NCBI GenBank assembly: GCA_963816215.1
Contig: CAWFKB010000001.1
Location: 54,298-118,297 of the forward strand
Reading direction: 5' to 3'
Length of the DNA stretch: 64,000 nucleotides
Origin: an uncultured Chloroflexia bacterium
GTDB lineage: Bacteria > Chloroflexota > Limnocylindria > QHBO01
Below, piece after piece: positions 19,243 through 28,939 of this stretch. Each line of letters starts with the position of its first letter. The first letter of the stretch is position 1. Below the pieces are notes generated by a model. The model was not told where the DNA came from and made no database searches. It worked only from the letters and a program-made list of their open reading frames with translations. A program made the translations under genes and the position numbers.

Positions 19243-20163
19243 TCAGTAGCGATCCGCCTGGGCTGCCTGGCCCACGGCGGCTTCGGGGGCTTCGATCGCG
19301 ACCGCGACCTTGTCGGTCCGGCGCGGCTTCGGTCGGAAGGGCGAGGTCTCGGGGACGATCGGTCCATCGGTCTCGGCCAGCTCGCCGCCGCGGTAGGCCT
19401 CCCACACGGCCATGACCGTGTCCCGGTGGGGGCGAATGCGGCAGTGCTCGTCGCGGTTGCCCATTTCGTCGCAGTAGCCCAGCGGCACGCACTTGGGGAC
19501 CAGGAACGAGCCGAAGAAAGGGCTGACCCGGAAGATCTCGTGGCGGATCTGCTTGAAGAGCTGGCGGATCTCCCACTGGGCCATGGTGCACAGGCGCAGG
19601 CCGCTCATGTGGATGAGCTGGCGCAGATTCACGGTCATGATCAGGTTGGTCTGCATGGCGTTGGGGAAGATGAAGCGCGCGTCCTCGGCCGGGACCTCGG
19701 CCTGGAGGAGCTGCCCGTACAGGTCGAGGTTGTCGTCGATCGCCTGCTGGAAGCGCCCGGCCAGGTCATCGGGCAGGTCGCCCTTCGAAATGGAGTCGGG
19801 GATCGTGTAGTTGTCGCGGGCCTTGAAGGACACGTAGCGCTGGGACTGCTGGTCGAAGGCCGTCCCCGCCCGATGGCGGACCAGCTGGTGGGACAGGGTC
19901 CGGGTCACGCCGCTGATCGCGAACGTGAAGTTCACGTGCTCGATGGTCGATCCGTGGCCCGACTCCATGACCTTGCGGACGAGCGCCTGCTGCTTCTCGT
20001 CGGCAACCGATCGGCTGACCGCCTTGTCCCAGATGACGTCGGGAAGCTGCTCGGAGTAGCACGTCCGGCAGGCCGTGTAGATGATCGGGAGGTAGTACTC
20101 CTCGACGATCTCCGCGGTCGGGAAGATCAGCTTGGCAGACAGGAGTGGCGAGGTCGGCGGCAT
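19243..20163 (-). CDS. thyX: FAD-dependent thymidylate synthase
   Basis: GHGSTIEH, SHQLVRHR-X8-SQRY, AEDARFIFPN. Confidence 0.95.
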   Translation of the reverse strand: MPPTSPLLSAKLIFPTAEIVEEYYLPIIYTACRTCYSEQLPDVIWDKAVSRSVADEKQQALVRKVMESGHGSTIEHVNFTFAISGVTRTLSHQLVRHRAGTAFDQQSQRYVSFKARDNYTIPDSISKGDLPDDLAGRFQQAIDDNLDLYGQLLQAEVPAEDARFIFPNAMQTNLIMTVNLRQLIHMSGLRLCTMAQWEIRQLFKQIRHEIFRVSPFFGSFLVPKCVPLGYCDEMGNRDEHCRIRPHRDTVMAVWEAYRGGELAETDGPIVPETSPFRPKPRRTDKVAVAIEAPEAAVGQAAQADRY

Positions 20164-20233
20164 GTGCCCTGGCAGCGAACGGGGGGTGATTTGGAGGCCG
20201 AGTCTAGCACCCGACCGATGCGCATTGGGTCCC

Positions 20234-20262
20234 TTATCCACAACCTGTAGTGGTGTGGATAA
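20234..20262. promoter_or_regulatory. Two perfect, oppositely oriented DnaA boxes
   Basis: TTATCCACA at 20234-20242 and TGTGGATAA at 20254-20262. Confidence 0.8.
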
Positions 20263-20284
20263 GTCCGATGCCGCTATGTTGTGG
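20238..20284. promoter_or_regulatory. Tandem NrdR-box-like sites upstream of thyX
   Basis: CCACAACCTGTAGTGG (20238-20253) and TGCCGCTATGTTGTGG (20269-20284), 31 bp apart. Confidence 0.65.
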
Positions 20285-20756
20285 CGTCGGCCAGATTCGG
20301 TGATTGCCTCGCCTTCAGGCGCTTCCACGACGCGAGGGCGATGAGCGCGGCTCCAAAGACCAGGCTGGCCACGCCGAGGACGTTGAACACGATGGTGCCG
20401 GCGGTCTCGCAGGCCTGGCTGTCGGAGCTCCACGCACAGGTCTCGGCCAGCGGCGCCAGGAGGACGGCCATGACGCCAATGGCGACCGCCAGGCCCCCCA
20501 CGAACCATCGATTGCGAGACCCCGCCAGCAGCAGGATCAGGCCGATGACCAGGAGCGGAGGCCCCAGCCACAGTGGCGCACCGAGCGAATTTCCGCCGAA
20601 CACGGGGACCCTGAATGTCACCAGGTAGCAGACGTCCGTCTCGCCCTGGAAGTCGCACGAGGTCACCGGGAAGATGATGGGCAGGACCAGGGCGAGGGCT
20701 CCGGCCACGACCAGGATCCCCCCGGCAGCCATCGCGAGTGTCCGCCAGCGGTTCAT
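20274..20756 (-). CDS. Hypothetical 4-TM protein with two Cys-pair loops
   Basis: Hydrophobic helices; loops CDFQGETDVC and CAWSSDSQAC. Confidence 0.65.
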   Translation of the reverse strand: MNRWRTLAMAAGGILVVAGALALVLPIIFPVTSCDFQGETDVCYLVTFRVPVFGGNSLGAPLWLGPPLLVIGLILLLAGSRNRWFVGGLAVAIGVMAVLLAPLAETCAWSSDSQACETAGTIVFNVLGVASLVFGAALIALASWKRLKARQSPNLADATT

Positions 20757-20766
20757 GCCGCGGACC

Positions 20767-22323
20767 TTAGTCGTCATCGTCTTCTTCATCAGACTCCGCG
20801 TCCGCATCGGCTTCGGTATCCCCGCCTGGCTTCTCAGGGCGGCGCTCCTCCAGGCGGGCAAAGCCGTGCAGCCGGTCGAAGGCGATCATGTTGCCGCCGC
20901 CGGCCCGGGCGGAGGCCACCGCTTCGTCGGCCCGAGCCACGAGCGTATCCGCGCTGAGCTCCTGGCGGGAACGCATGGTGGTGACCCCGATCGAGACCGT
21001 GACCTCGACGTCGCCCCGATCCGACTTGACCGGGCGTTGGGTCACCCGATCGCGAATCGCCTCGGCAAAGGTGGTGGCCCCCTTCTCGTCGGTATGGGGC
21101 AGGACCGCCAGGAACGAGTCGCCGGCCACCCGACCGATGGCGTCCGCTTCGCGGACGCGGACCCGCATCCGGAGCGCCAGCTCCTGCAGCACCGCGTCAC
21201 CCACCGCCGTCCCGTACAGCGCGTTCAGCTCGCCCATGTGGTCGATGTCCATGAGCACGACCGATACCGAGTGCGGGTAGCGGCGCGCGGAGGCGACCTC
21301 GTCCCGCAGCCGATCCATGATCGCAGAGCGGCTGGCCACGCTGGTCAGCGGGTCGAGCTCGGCCGCGCGCTCCAGCTCAGCACGCTGCTGGGCAATGGTG
21401 TGCCGGGCATCGGTCAGCTCGGCGATGGTGGCCCGCAGCTCGCGGTTCAGGCGGGCGCGCTCAGCCGAGTCATCGTTCGCGGGAGTTGGAGTCGCGGCGG
21501 GCGGACGGTCCACCGGCACCGCCGCCGGCTCGGCGTCCGCAGCACGCCCCCCTTGCGGTTCGGCAGCCAATGCCGACACGGTCGCGGCTGGGGCTGCCTT
21601 CGCGGTCGGCCCCAGGCCCAGCACCAGCAGCGGCGGGGCGACCAGGAGCGGGGCCAGTCCCAGGAGCGCATCCACCGTGCCAACGCGGGCAATGGCGAGC
21701 ATGACGCCAGCAACAGTCAGCGCTGCCGCACCGAGCGCGGCCATGTGCACCCCGTGCCGCATCCAGATGGCCGCCGCGCCAAGGGAGATGACAGCGGCCA
21801 CCAGGAGAATTGCCCACGCGTACTCGTCGAGAGCGGATCCAGGCGCCAGGAGCGCGGCCGCCAGCGCGGATTCGGCCAGTGCCAGGGCCAGGATCACGCC
21901 CAGCCACCGCCCGCGCTCGTCGGGCAGGATCCGGTCGCGGGCCCAGGCCGCGACGGCCAGGCCCACGGCCATGACCACCAGGGTCAGGGCCAGCCCGCTG
22001 TTGGGCAGGTCAAACGCCGAATCGGGGCCCGCCAGGGCGAGAGCCGCGCAGCCCGCGGTCAAGGCCGTTGCGCTGAGGCCGGCCGCCCCCGCCGAGAGGC
22101 GACCGGTCATCACGAGCGTGCCGAGCAGTGGAATGACCGAAATGGCAGACACGAGCGCCACCGCTCCCAGGGCGACAGGGGCCATCCATGCGGTTTGTTC
22201 GCCGTAGTTCAGGGAGAGGGGCGGGAATTGGCGCAGCGCGACCAGAGCGGCCACGGGGAGCACCAGGGCCAGCCCGGTGCCCACCGCCCGCGCGATCGCC
22301 GGAGTCAGATCAGATCGGGGCAT
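20767..22323 (-). CDS. Multi-TM GGDEF-domain protein with degenerate active site
   Basis: DPLTSV, LMDIDH, YGTAVGD.VL, READ.IGRVAGDSF, VTVSIG. Confidence 0.9.
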   Translation of the reverse strand: MPRSDLTPAIARAVGTGLALVLPVAALVALRQFPPLSLNYGEQTAWMAPVALGAVALVSAISVIPLLGTLVMTGRLSAGAAGLSATALTAGCAALALAGPDSAFDLPNSGLALTLVVMAVGLAVAAWARDRILPDERGRWLGVILALALAESALAAALLAPGSALDEYAWAILLVAAVISLGAAAIWMRHGVHMAALGAAALTVAGVMLAIARVGTVDALLGLAPLLVAPPLLVLGLGPTAKAAPAATVSALAAEPQGGRAADAEPAAVPVDRPPAATPTPANDDSAERARLNRELRATIAELTDARHTIAQQRAELERAAELDPLTSVASRSAIMDRLRDEVASARRYPHSVSVVLMDIDHMGELNALYGTAVGDAVLQELALRMRVRVREADAIGRVAGDSFLAVLPHTDEKGATTFAEAIRDRVTQRPVKSDRGDVEVTVSIGVTTMRSRQELSADTLVARADEAVASARAGGGNMIAFDRLHGFARLEERRPEKPGGDTEADADAESDEEDDDD

Positions 22324-22408
22324 ATCTCGGCGGTGCGTCTGGTCACCGGAGTGTCGTTCCGGCTGGGGCCTAGCGGCAATAGTACAAACGGCCACGCATA
22401 CTCCGATC

Positions 22409-22798
22409 ATGGACCCCAAGCGACCTCCGGACCGCCTTCCCGGCGAGCGGTTGGCCAGCGAGGCGGTGATGACCCGGGCCGACTTCCTGGCCCGGACCGA
22501 TGCCCTCATCGCGGAGGGCGACCGGTTGGCGATCGAGCCGGACTTTGACGCCTTCCGCGCCTGGCTGATCGAGTCGGACCAGCTGCTGGAACTGGTCTGG
22601 GGACGGATGGACCGATATCACCTGGCCTGGCTCAACGTCGGGCGGGACAGCGCCCCGCCCGGGTCGCCCCTGGACGAGGCGGGGACCGCCCGCTTCGTGA
22701 CCGAGGTGTCGCGCGCCAAGGTGGCCGTCCTGCGTACGATGCGCACCTCGGTGGAGCGCCAGGGTTGGCGGCGCCTGTCCGATGAGGAGACTGCGTGA
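22409..22798 (+). CDS. Hypothetical protein
   Basis: CATACT 6 nt upstream; 4-nt overlap with the next gene. Confidence 0.65.
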   Translation: MDPKRPPDRLPGERLASEAVMTRADFLARTDALIAEGDRLAIEPDFDAFRAWLIESDQLLELVWGRMDRYHLAWLNVGRDSAPPGSPLDEAGTARFVTEVSRAKVAVLRTMRTSVERQGWRRLSDEETA

Positions 22799-23517
22799 CG
22801 TACGACAAGACCGGTGGCCTGGCGGCCATCCTGGCCCACCCCGACGACGAGGCGTTCACCTGCGCCGGCGCGCTGGCCCTGGCCCACCAGGCCGGCGCCA
22901 CGACGCGCCTGCTGATCGTGACCCGGGGCGAGGCCAGCAACCCCGAGCGCACACCCAACGCCAACCTGGCCGCCATCCGCGAGTCGGAGATGATCCAGTC
23001 CGCCGAGGCCATCGGCCTCAACGAGGTGACCCTGCTCGAGGGCTACCCCGACGGGGCCGTGGCCGGCGAGTCGCAGGAGCGCCTGATCGAGGAGATCGTG
23101 GCCTGGCTCGGCAACCGCAGGCCCGACGCGCTGATCACGTTCGGCGCCCACGGTGTGACCGGTGATCCGGACCATGTCGCGGTGGGCAGCGCGGCGCGCT
23201 GGGCGGTGGAGCGCCTCGCGCCCCAGGGCGTCGCCCCTCATGCCGTGTTCGTCATCGCGCCCGGCTACGGCCCCGGCCCGAATCGGTTCGACCTCTCCGG
23301 AGAGGAGCAGGGCGCCACCCATCGGATCGACATCACGGAGGTCGTGGAGCAGCGCCTGGCCGCGCTCGAGAGTCACGCCTCGCAGGCCGACACGGCCGAT
23401 GCCATCGCCGAACTGCGCGCCGCCCTGGATCGCGGCGAGCCGGTCTACGAGGGCTACACCCGCGTCCGGCCCGAGGTCCTGGCCCCGCACCCGAAGTTCG
23501 ACACGAGCCTGCTCTGA
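22795..23517 (+). CDS. PIG-L family deacetylase
   Basis: AHPDDE, TRGEA, G.TGDPDH, HASQ. Confidence 0.92.
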   Translation: MTYDKTGGLAAILAHPDDEAFTCAGALALAHQAGATTRLLIVTRGEASNPERTPNANLAAIRESEMIQSAEAIGLNEVTLLEGYPDGAVAGESQERLIEEIVAWLGNRRPDALITFGAHGVTGDPDHVAVGSAARWAVERLAPQGVAPHAVFVIAPGYGPGPNRFDLSGEEQGATHRIDITEVVEQRLAALESHASQADTADAIAELRAALDRGEPVYEGYTRVRPEVLAPHPKFDTSLL

Positions 23518-23562
23518 GGGCTGCTTCGGCATCGGTCTGAATCCCTGCTACTCTGGTCGGGT

Positions 23563-23853
23563 ATGACGATCGAATCCAACCTCGCCAAGGTGGACGAGGT
23601 GATGACCGCGCTCTATGACATCCACGATCCGGAGATCGGGATGAGCATCGTCGATCTCGACCTGATCAAGAACGTCGAGATCGGGACCGATGGCGCCCCC
23701 ACCGAGATCAAGATGGTCCTGACCACGCCGTTCTGCCCGTGGGCCGGGGACCTCATCCAGACCGTGAAGCAGAAGACCGAAGAGGTCGTGGGTCCCCCGG
23801 TCAAGGTGACCCTCCTGGCTGACCGATGGGAGCCCCCGCCCGGCCTCTTCTAG
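23563..23853 (+). CDS. DUF59/SufT-like Fe-S assembly protein
   Basis: DPEIGMSIVDL.LI and LTTPFCP. Confidence 0.9.
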   Translation: MTIESNLAKVDEVMTALYDIHDPEIGMSIVDLDLIKNVEIGTDGAPTEIKMVLTTPFCPWAGDLIQTVKQKTEEVVGPPVKVTLLADRWEPPPGLF

Positions 23854-23883
23854 GCTCCGGATGGCCGGCGACTGCGTACTGAC

Positions 23884-23917
23884 TTGACGCGCCGCTCATA
23901 CAACCGTATGGTTGTAT
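23884..23917 (+). promoter_or_regulatory. Sigma70 promoter overlapped by a palindromic operator
   Basis: TTGACG-N17-TATGGT; ATACAACC-gtat-GGTTGTAT at 23898-23917. Confidence 0.8.
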
Positions 23918-23922
23918 TACTG

Positions 23923-24255
23923 ATGACTCCGCTCGACCACGACCGCGTCTTCGCCGCGCTGGCGGATGCCACCAGGCGCGACATCGTCCTGCGGGCACTC
24001 GGCGGCAGCGAGGGCGTCGCCGAGCTGGCCGGGCATTACCCCATGAGCTTTGCGGCCGTGCAGAAGCACGTCGCCGTGCTCGAGCGGGCCGGCCTGGTCA
24101 CCAAGGAGCGCAGCGGCCGTCGCAAGGTCGTCCGCACCAACATCGAGGGGCTTCGCCTGGCGCGCGGCCTGCTCGACGAGTACGAGGCGTTGTGGCGCGG
24201 CCGAGTCGACCGCATGACCGATCTCATCTCGAGCACAGAGGAGCCCATCGCATGA
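23923..24255 (+). CDS. ArsR/SmtB family transcriptional regulator
   Basis: VFAALADATRRDI, SFAAVQKHVAVLERAGLV. Confidence 0.92.
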   Translation: MTPLDHDRVFAALADATRRDIVLRALGGSEGVAELAGHYPMSFAAVQKHVAVLERAGLVTKERSGRRKVVRTNIEGLRLARGLLDEYEALWRGRVDRMTDLISSTEEPIA

Positions 24256-24758
24256 CTGTCACCGCCGTCCGCAAGGATCCCGTCGCCCTGACCATGACCC
24301 TCACCGCCGAATTCGACGCGTCGCCGGCGCGCGTGTGGGAGCTGTGGGCCGATCCGCGTCAGCTCGAGCGCTGGTGGGGGCCGCCTACCTACCCGGCCAC
24401 CTTCACGGCCCACGACCTGGCGCCCGGCAGTCGGGTGGAGTATCACATGACGGGGCCAACCGGCGACCAACCGCACGGCTTTTGGGACGTCGTCGAGGCC
24501 GACCCGCCGCGCCGGCTCCTCTTCATCGATGGATTCGCGCACGAGGACGGGACGCCGAACGACGAGTTCCCGCGCAACACGGGCCTGGTGACGATCGAGC
24601 CCATCGAGGCCGGCCGCACGCGGATGTCGATCGAGAGCCGCTTCCCCAGCGCCGCGGCGATGGAACAGGTTCTCGCCATGGGGATGGAGGAGGGCATCAC
24701 CCAGGCAGTCGCCCAGATCGATGCCATCCTTGCCGAGGATGCCGTCCGCTCGGCGTAG
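24252..24758 (+). CDS. SRPBCC/Aha1 domain protein
   Basis: ASPARVWELWADP..LERWWGP; typical ArsR partner. Confidence 0.88.
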   Translation: MTVTAVRKDPVALTMTLTAEFDASPARVWELWADPRQLERWWGPPTYPATFTAHDLAPGSRVEYHMTGPTGDQPHGFWDVVEADPPRRLLFIDGFAHEDGTPNDEFPRNTGLVTIEPIEAGRTRMSIESRFPSAAAMEQVLAMGMEEGITQAVAQIDAILAEDAVRSA

Positions 24759-24788
24759 GACACGACGGGCACCGCGAGGAGATCACCG

Positions 24789-25664
24789 ATGACCACGATG
24801 ACCGAAGCAACGACGCACACCATGGACGTGCCCGACGCGACCCTGACCTACGACATCCGGACGGGGTCCTCCCCAGCCCCGGTGCTGCTGCTTATCGGCT
24901 CGCCGATGGGGGCCGGCGGGTTCGGCACCCTTGCCGGGCATTTCGGAGACCGCACCGTCGTGACCTACGACCCGCGGGGCGTGGAACGCAGCGCGAAGGC
25001 CGATCCGGCCAGCTCGTCCACGCCCGAGCAGCACGCCGACGACCTGCGTCGGATCATCACCGAGCTCGACGCCGGTCCGGTCGACCTCTTCGCCAGCAGC
25101 GGTGGCGCGGTGAACGCGCTCGCGCTGGTGGCCAGGCACCCGGAGCTGGTTGGCACGCTTATCGCGCACGAACCGCCGCTCGCCTCCATCCTGCCCGATC
25201 GCGAGGGAGCCATGGCGCTCACCCAGGCGATCCATGACACGTACCAGCGCAGTGGGTTCGGTGCCGGCATGGCCCAGTTCATCGTGGCTGTGAGCCACAA
25301 GGGGCCGATCACCCCCGAGTTCGCGGCCAAGCCGGGTCCGGACCCGGCCATGTTCGGCCTGCCCACCGAGGACGACGGCAGCCGCACCGACGCCCTGCTG
25401 GGCCAGAACATCAGTACCTGCACGCACTACGAGCCCGATTTCGAGGCCCTGCGGGCAGCCTCTACCCGGATCGTGTTGGCGGCCGGCGCGGAATCCGAGG
25501 GCGAGATGGCGCACCGCGGCGCGGAGGCGGTCGCCGAGCGGCTCGGTACGAAGCCAATCATCTTCCCGAGCGGCCACGCCGGCTTCCTCGGTGGCGAGTA
25601 CGGCCAGACCGGTGAGCCCGACGGTTTCGCCGCGAAGCTGCGCGAGGTTCTCGCCCAGTCCTGA
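24789..25664 (+). CDS. Alpha/beta hydrolase
   Basis: TYDPRG, ASSGGA nucleophile elbow, AHEPP, FPSGH. Confidence 0.88.
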   Translation: MTTMTEATTHTMDVPDATLTYDIRTGSSPAPVLLLIGSPMGAGGFGTLAGHFGDRTVVTYDPRGVERSAKADPASSSTPEQHADDLRRIITELDAGPVDLFASSGGAVNALALVARHPELVGTLIAHEPPLASILPDREGAMALTQAIHDTYQRSGFGAGMAQFIVAVSHKGPITPEFAAKPGPDPAMFGLPTEDDGSRTDALLGQNISTCTHYEPDFEALRAASTRIVLAAGAESEGEMAHRGAEAVAERLGTKPIIFPSGHAGFLGGEYGQTGEPDGFAAKLREVLAQS

Positions 25665-25726
25665 TGGCACGGCCGGGCCGTAACCGGCCCGGACCGACAC
25701 GCGCGCGGACTACGATCCGTGGCGCG

Positions 25727-26278
25727 ATGAAGATCTACACCAAGAAGGGCGACGCGGGCGATACCGGGCTGCTGTTCGGTGGCGCGCGTGTGTCCAAGTC
25801 CGGTGGCCGGACCGAGGCCGCCGGGTGCGTGGACGAGGCCGTGGCCGTGCTCGGCGTGGCGAGGGCCGCGCTCCCGGCCGGCGAAGAGCTCGCGAATCTC
25901 GTCATCCGCCTCCAGCGCGAGCTGTTCGTGGTCGGCGCCGAGCTGTCCACTCATCGCATCCGCCGCGCCCGCCTGACGCCGGGCGTGAGCCTGGTGACCG
26001 GCGAGATGGTCGAGACCCTGGAGCTGGAGATCGACCGGCTCACCAGGGAGCATCCGATGCCCACCGAGTTCATCGTGCCGGGCGAGACGGCATCCGGCGC
26101 GGCCTTGGACGTGGCCCGCTCCGTCGTCCGCCGTGCCGAGCGACGGGCGGTGGCCCTGGCCGCCGCCGAGCGGCTTCCGGACTCCCTGATCGTGCCCTAC
26201 CTCAACCGCCTCGCCGACCTTTTGTTCGTGATGGCCCGGGTGGCCGATGGGGGCTTCCGTCCCGTTCGGACCCGCTGA
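25727..26278 (+). CDS. pduO: Cob(I)alamin adenosyltransferase, PduO type
   Basis: MKIYTKKGDAGDT, RRAERR, YLNRLADLLF. Confidence 0.93.
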   Translation: MKIYTKKGDAGDTGLLFGGARVSKSGGRTEAAGCVDEAVAVLGVARAALPAGEELANLVIRLQRELFVVGAELSTHRIRRARLTPGVSLVTGEMVETLELEIDRLTREHPMPTEFIVPGETASGAALDVARSVVRRAERRAVALAAAERLPDSLIVPYLNRLADLLFVMARVADGGFRPVRTR

Positions 26279-28412
26279 CAAGCCCCTACCGATAGGAACC
26301 GATACGGACCGCCTGCTCCGCGACAATCGAACGCTCCTGGAGCTGCTGAGCCTGGGGGCGGTGGCCGCCATCCTGGTCGGCGTTCAGCTCCTGGCCGACA
26401 CCGATATCGGTTCCAGCTGGGCGGCGGGGCTGGCTGGCATGGCCAGCCAGCTGGGGACGACCCTGCCGGCCGCGATCCTGGTGCTGCTCTCGTCCGCGCT
26501 GCAGCTTGGTGCGGGGGCGGTGGTGATCCGCTTCCTCCGCCAGGCCCCGTATCCGGGGCTGAGCGATGCGCTCCTGGGTGGACTGCTGGGGGCCGTGGTC
26601 ATCGGTCTGGTCGCGCTCATGGTGCTGGGCAGCGCCCACCTCTTCCTCCAGCCGGTGCTCATCGGTCTGAATGCGCTGCTGGTCGGGGCGGGTTGGTTCG
26701 CGCGACCGATCTTCGCCTCGCCGCCCTCGTGGCGACCGGATTGGCGGGTGGCGGGGGTTGGCCTCGTCGCCCTCGCCTGGTCGGGCGCGGTGATCCTCCA
26801 GTTCGCGTCACCGGTCGTGCCGTTCATGGACGTCCTGCCCAACCACGTCGCGCCGGCGGAGCACCTGCGCACGTTCGGCGCGTTCGACGTGCTCACCACC
26901 GCTCCCTCGCCCATCTACGGCCCGTCGCGCATGTTCCTGGGCTACACCGGGCTGCTGGGCAGCACCACGGTCATCACCGGCCTGCCGGCCGTGCTGGCGG
27001 TCGCGGCCTTCATCCTGCCCGGCGCCATCCTGGTCGGGGTGGGCATGGTCCGCCTCGCGTCGGGCGTCCACGGCGTGGGGACGGGGTGGTGGATGCTCCT
27101 CGCGTTCACCCTGACCGAGTCATTCGCGCGCCTGGCTGACGTTCGGGCGACGGTCCTCGTCCTGCCCCTGGTGGCGGTCTGCCTGGTCGAGCTCCTCAAC
27201 GAGGAGGACCGCCGGCCCATGCTCCTGGCCGTGGCCCTGGGCGCCACGCTGTATCTCCACCCCCTCGTCGGTGTCCTCACCGCGGCCGTGATGGCGGCCA
27301 TGGTCGCGCTCGTCCCCGCCCGCTTCGCCCGGGTCGGCGCGCCGGCGCTCCTGGGCGGCGCCATCCTCGCCATTCCCCAGGCCATGACCATGGTCGCGAT
27401 CGATATCCCCTCTGCCCTGGCCCTGCTCGCCGTTCCACCGGCGCTCGGCGCCGTGTGGCTCCTTGATCGGTCAGAGGTGGCCCGCCGCGTGCTGGTGATC
27501 GTCGTCCAGGCACTCGCCATTGCCACCACAGCGGCCGTGATCCTGCTATCCCTCCCTTCGTGGGAGGAGTGGATCAACACCTTCATCGACTTCTTCACCA
27601 AGTACCCGGTCCTGCTGTGGACCGTGGCCGCGGGCGGCGTGGTTGCGGGCCGCAAGACCTTCGCCCTGGCGCCGGTCGTGGCGTTCGTGATGGGCCTGCT
27701 GGCGGTCCTCGCCACGGCTGCCATCCCGTGGGACTCGGTGGGCATCCAGGGCCTGAGCTTCGAGGTCAGCAAGACGCTCCACTACTGGACCCCGGTCTTT
27801 GCCGCGGTCATGGGTGCCTACGCCCTGCGTGCCATCTGGGAGGACGCGCGCTTCGGGACCGCCCTGCGGGTTGGGATGGTCGGGATCTTTCTGCTGGCCG
27901 CCACCCTGCCCATTCGGACCGAGCCGGTGGACCTGACCTACCTGGGCGAGCACCGGATGAGCGAGACGGTGTCCATCCACCTGCGCGAGGCGGAGTACGG
28001 GTTCTGGCTCGGCTACCCCGACTCGCGGACGATCATCGTCCCGGTCCAGGAGGAGCTGGTGGACACCCTGCGGGACGAGGTGGCGGCTGGCCGCCTGGTC
28101 TCCACCACCCCGGTCCTCCACGTGGCCTTCACCTTCCAGCAGTGGTCAGCCACGCCCATCGGTGTGTTCGGCGGCATGCTCGAGACCGACGTGACCCAGG
28201 AGACCGAGGTCAGCAGCCACACCGCCGGCGGGCGCCTCCACCCGTTGGACGAGCTGGACGCCCTCCTGGCGGAGGACTTCCCGTACGTCGTCTTCGAGCC
28301 GGGCGGCCTCCCCGAGGGGATCCGCGACCAGATCGTGGCCGCGGGCTACGAATCGCTCTTTGTCAACGGTGTGGGAGAGATCTTTGTGGCGCCCGGGACG
28401 GGTTCCGGCTAG
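26247..28412 (+). CDS. Large polytopic membrane protein, possibly GT-C glycosyltransferase-like; start uncertain
   Basis: Many TM helices, Asp-containing loop FMDVLPNH, soluble C-terminus. Confidence 0.65.
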   Translation: MGASVPFGPADKPLPIGTDTDRLLRDNRTLLELLSLGAVAAILVGVQLLADTDIGSSWAAGLAGMASQLGTTLPAAILVLLSSALQLGAGAVVIRFLRQAPYPGLSDALLGGLLGAVVIGLVALMVLGSAHLFLQPVLIGLNALLVGAGWFARPIFASPPSWRPDWRVAGVGLVALAWSGAVILQFASPVVPFMDVLPNHVAPAEHLRTFGAFDVLTTAPSPIYGPSRMFLGYTGLLGSTTVITGLPAVLAVAAFILPGAILVGVGMVRLASGVHGVGTGWWMLLAFTLTESFARLADVRATVLVLPLVAVCLVELLNEEDRRPMLLAVALGATLYLHPLVGVLTAAVMAAMVALVPARFARVGAPALLGGAILAIPQAMTMVAIDIPSALALLAVPPALGAVWLLDRSEVARRVLVIVVQALAIATTAAVILLSLPSWEEWINTFIDFFTKYPVLLWTVAAGGVVAGRKTFALAPVVAFVMGLLAVLATAAIPWDSVGIQGLSFEVSKTLHYWTPVFAAVMGAYALRAIWEDARFGTALRVGMVGIFLLAATLPIRTEPVDLTYLGEHRMSETVSIHLREAEYGFWLGYPDSRTIIVPVQEELVDTLRDEVAAGRLVSTTPVLHVAFTFQQWSATPIGVFGGMLETDVTQETEVSSHTAGGRLHPLDELDALLAEDFPYVVFEPGGLPEGIRDQIVAAGYESLFVNGVGEIFVAPGTGSG

Positions 28413-28424
28413 GATCGGCGGGCC

Positions 28425-28913
28425 GTGGAACCCGAGATCGACGCCTACCATGTCCTGCAGGTCGCGCCGCACGCGGAGGACTTCGTCCTCGAGGCCGCCT
28501 ACCGCGTGTTGGCCCGTCATTACCACCCCGACGGGGTCACTCCCGATGCCACCAAGATGGCGGAGATCAACCGCGCCTACGACCTGGTCCGCACCACCGA
28601 GCGCCGGAAGCGGTACGACCGCATGCATCGGACTCGGCCCATGGGTCCCGGCGTCGAGACCCTCCGCCCGACCACGGGCGAGCCGTGGGCGCAACGGGTG
28701 GCCGCGGGCGGATCGGGTCCGCCGGTCAGCAGCCAGGACGGACCCACCGTCGACTTCGGCCGCTACGCCGGGTGGAGCGTGAAGGACCTGGCCAAGCACG
28801 ACCCCGACTACCTGCGCTGGCTGTCCCGCCACTCCTCGGGCGTGCGCTACCGCAACCTCATCACCCAGCTCCTCCCCCCCGAGACGGTTGTCACCAGCAA
28901 GACGAAGTACTGA
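28425..28913 (+). CDS. J-domain protein with a C-terminal DUF3820/ExoX-C-like module
   Basis: DAYHVLQV...YHPD...INRAY and FGRYAGWS...DPDYLRWL. Confidence 0.85.
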   Translation: MEPEIDAYHVLQVAPHAEDFVLEAAYRVLARHYHPDGVTPDATKMAEINRAYDLVRTTERRKRYDRMHRTRPMGPGVETLRPTTGEPWAQRVAAGGSGPPVSSQDGPTVDFGRYAGWSVKDLAKHDPDYLRWLSRHSSGVRYRNLITQLLPPETVVTSKTKY

Positions 28914-28939
28914 GGCTTCGGCCTCCGGAAGGCTGACCG

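Noticed and set aside
20234-20262. Replication origin
   Set aside because: Only two DnaA boxes, no AT-rich unwinding element and no dnaA/dnaN nearby; a promoter site fits better
23884-25664. ArsR-SRPBCC-hydrolase operon as a novel system
   Set aside because: A widespread, well-known arrangement with an autoregulatory palindrome
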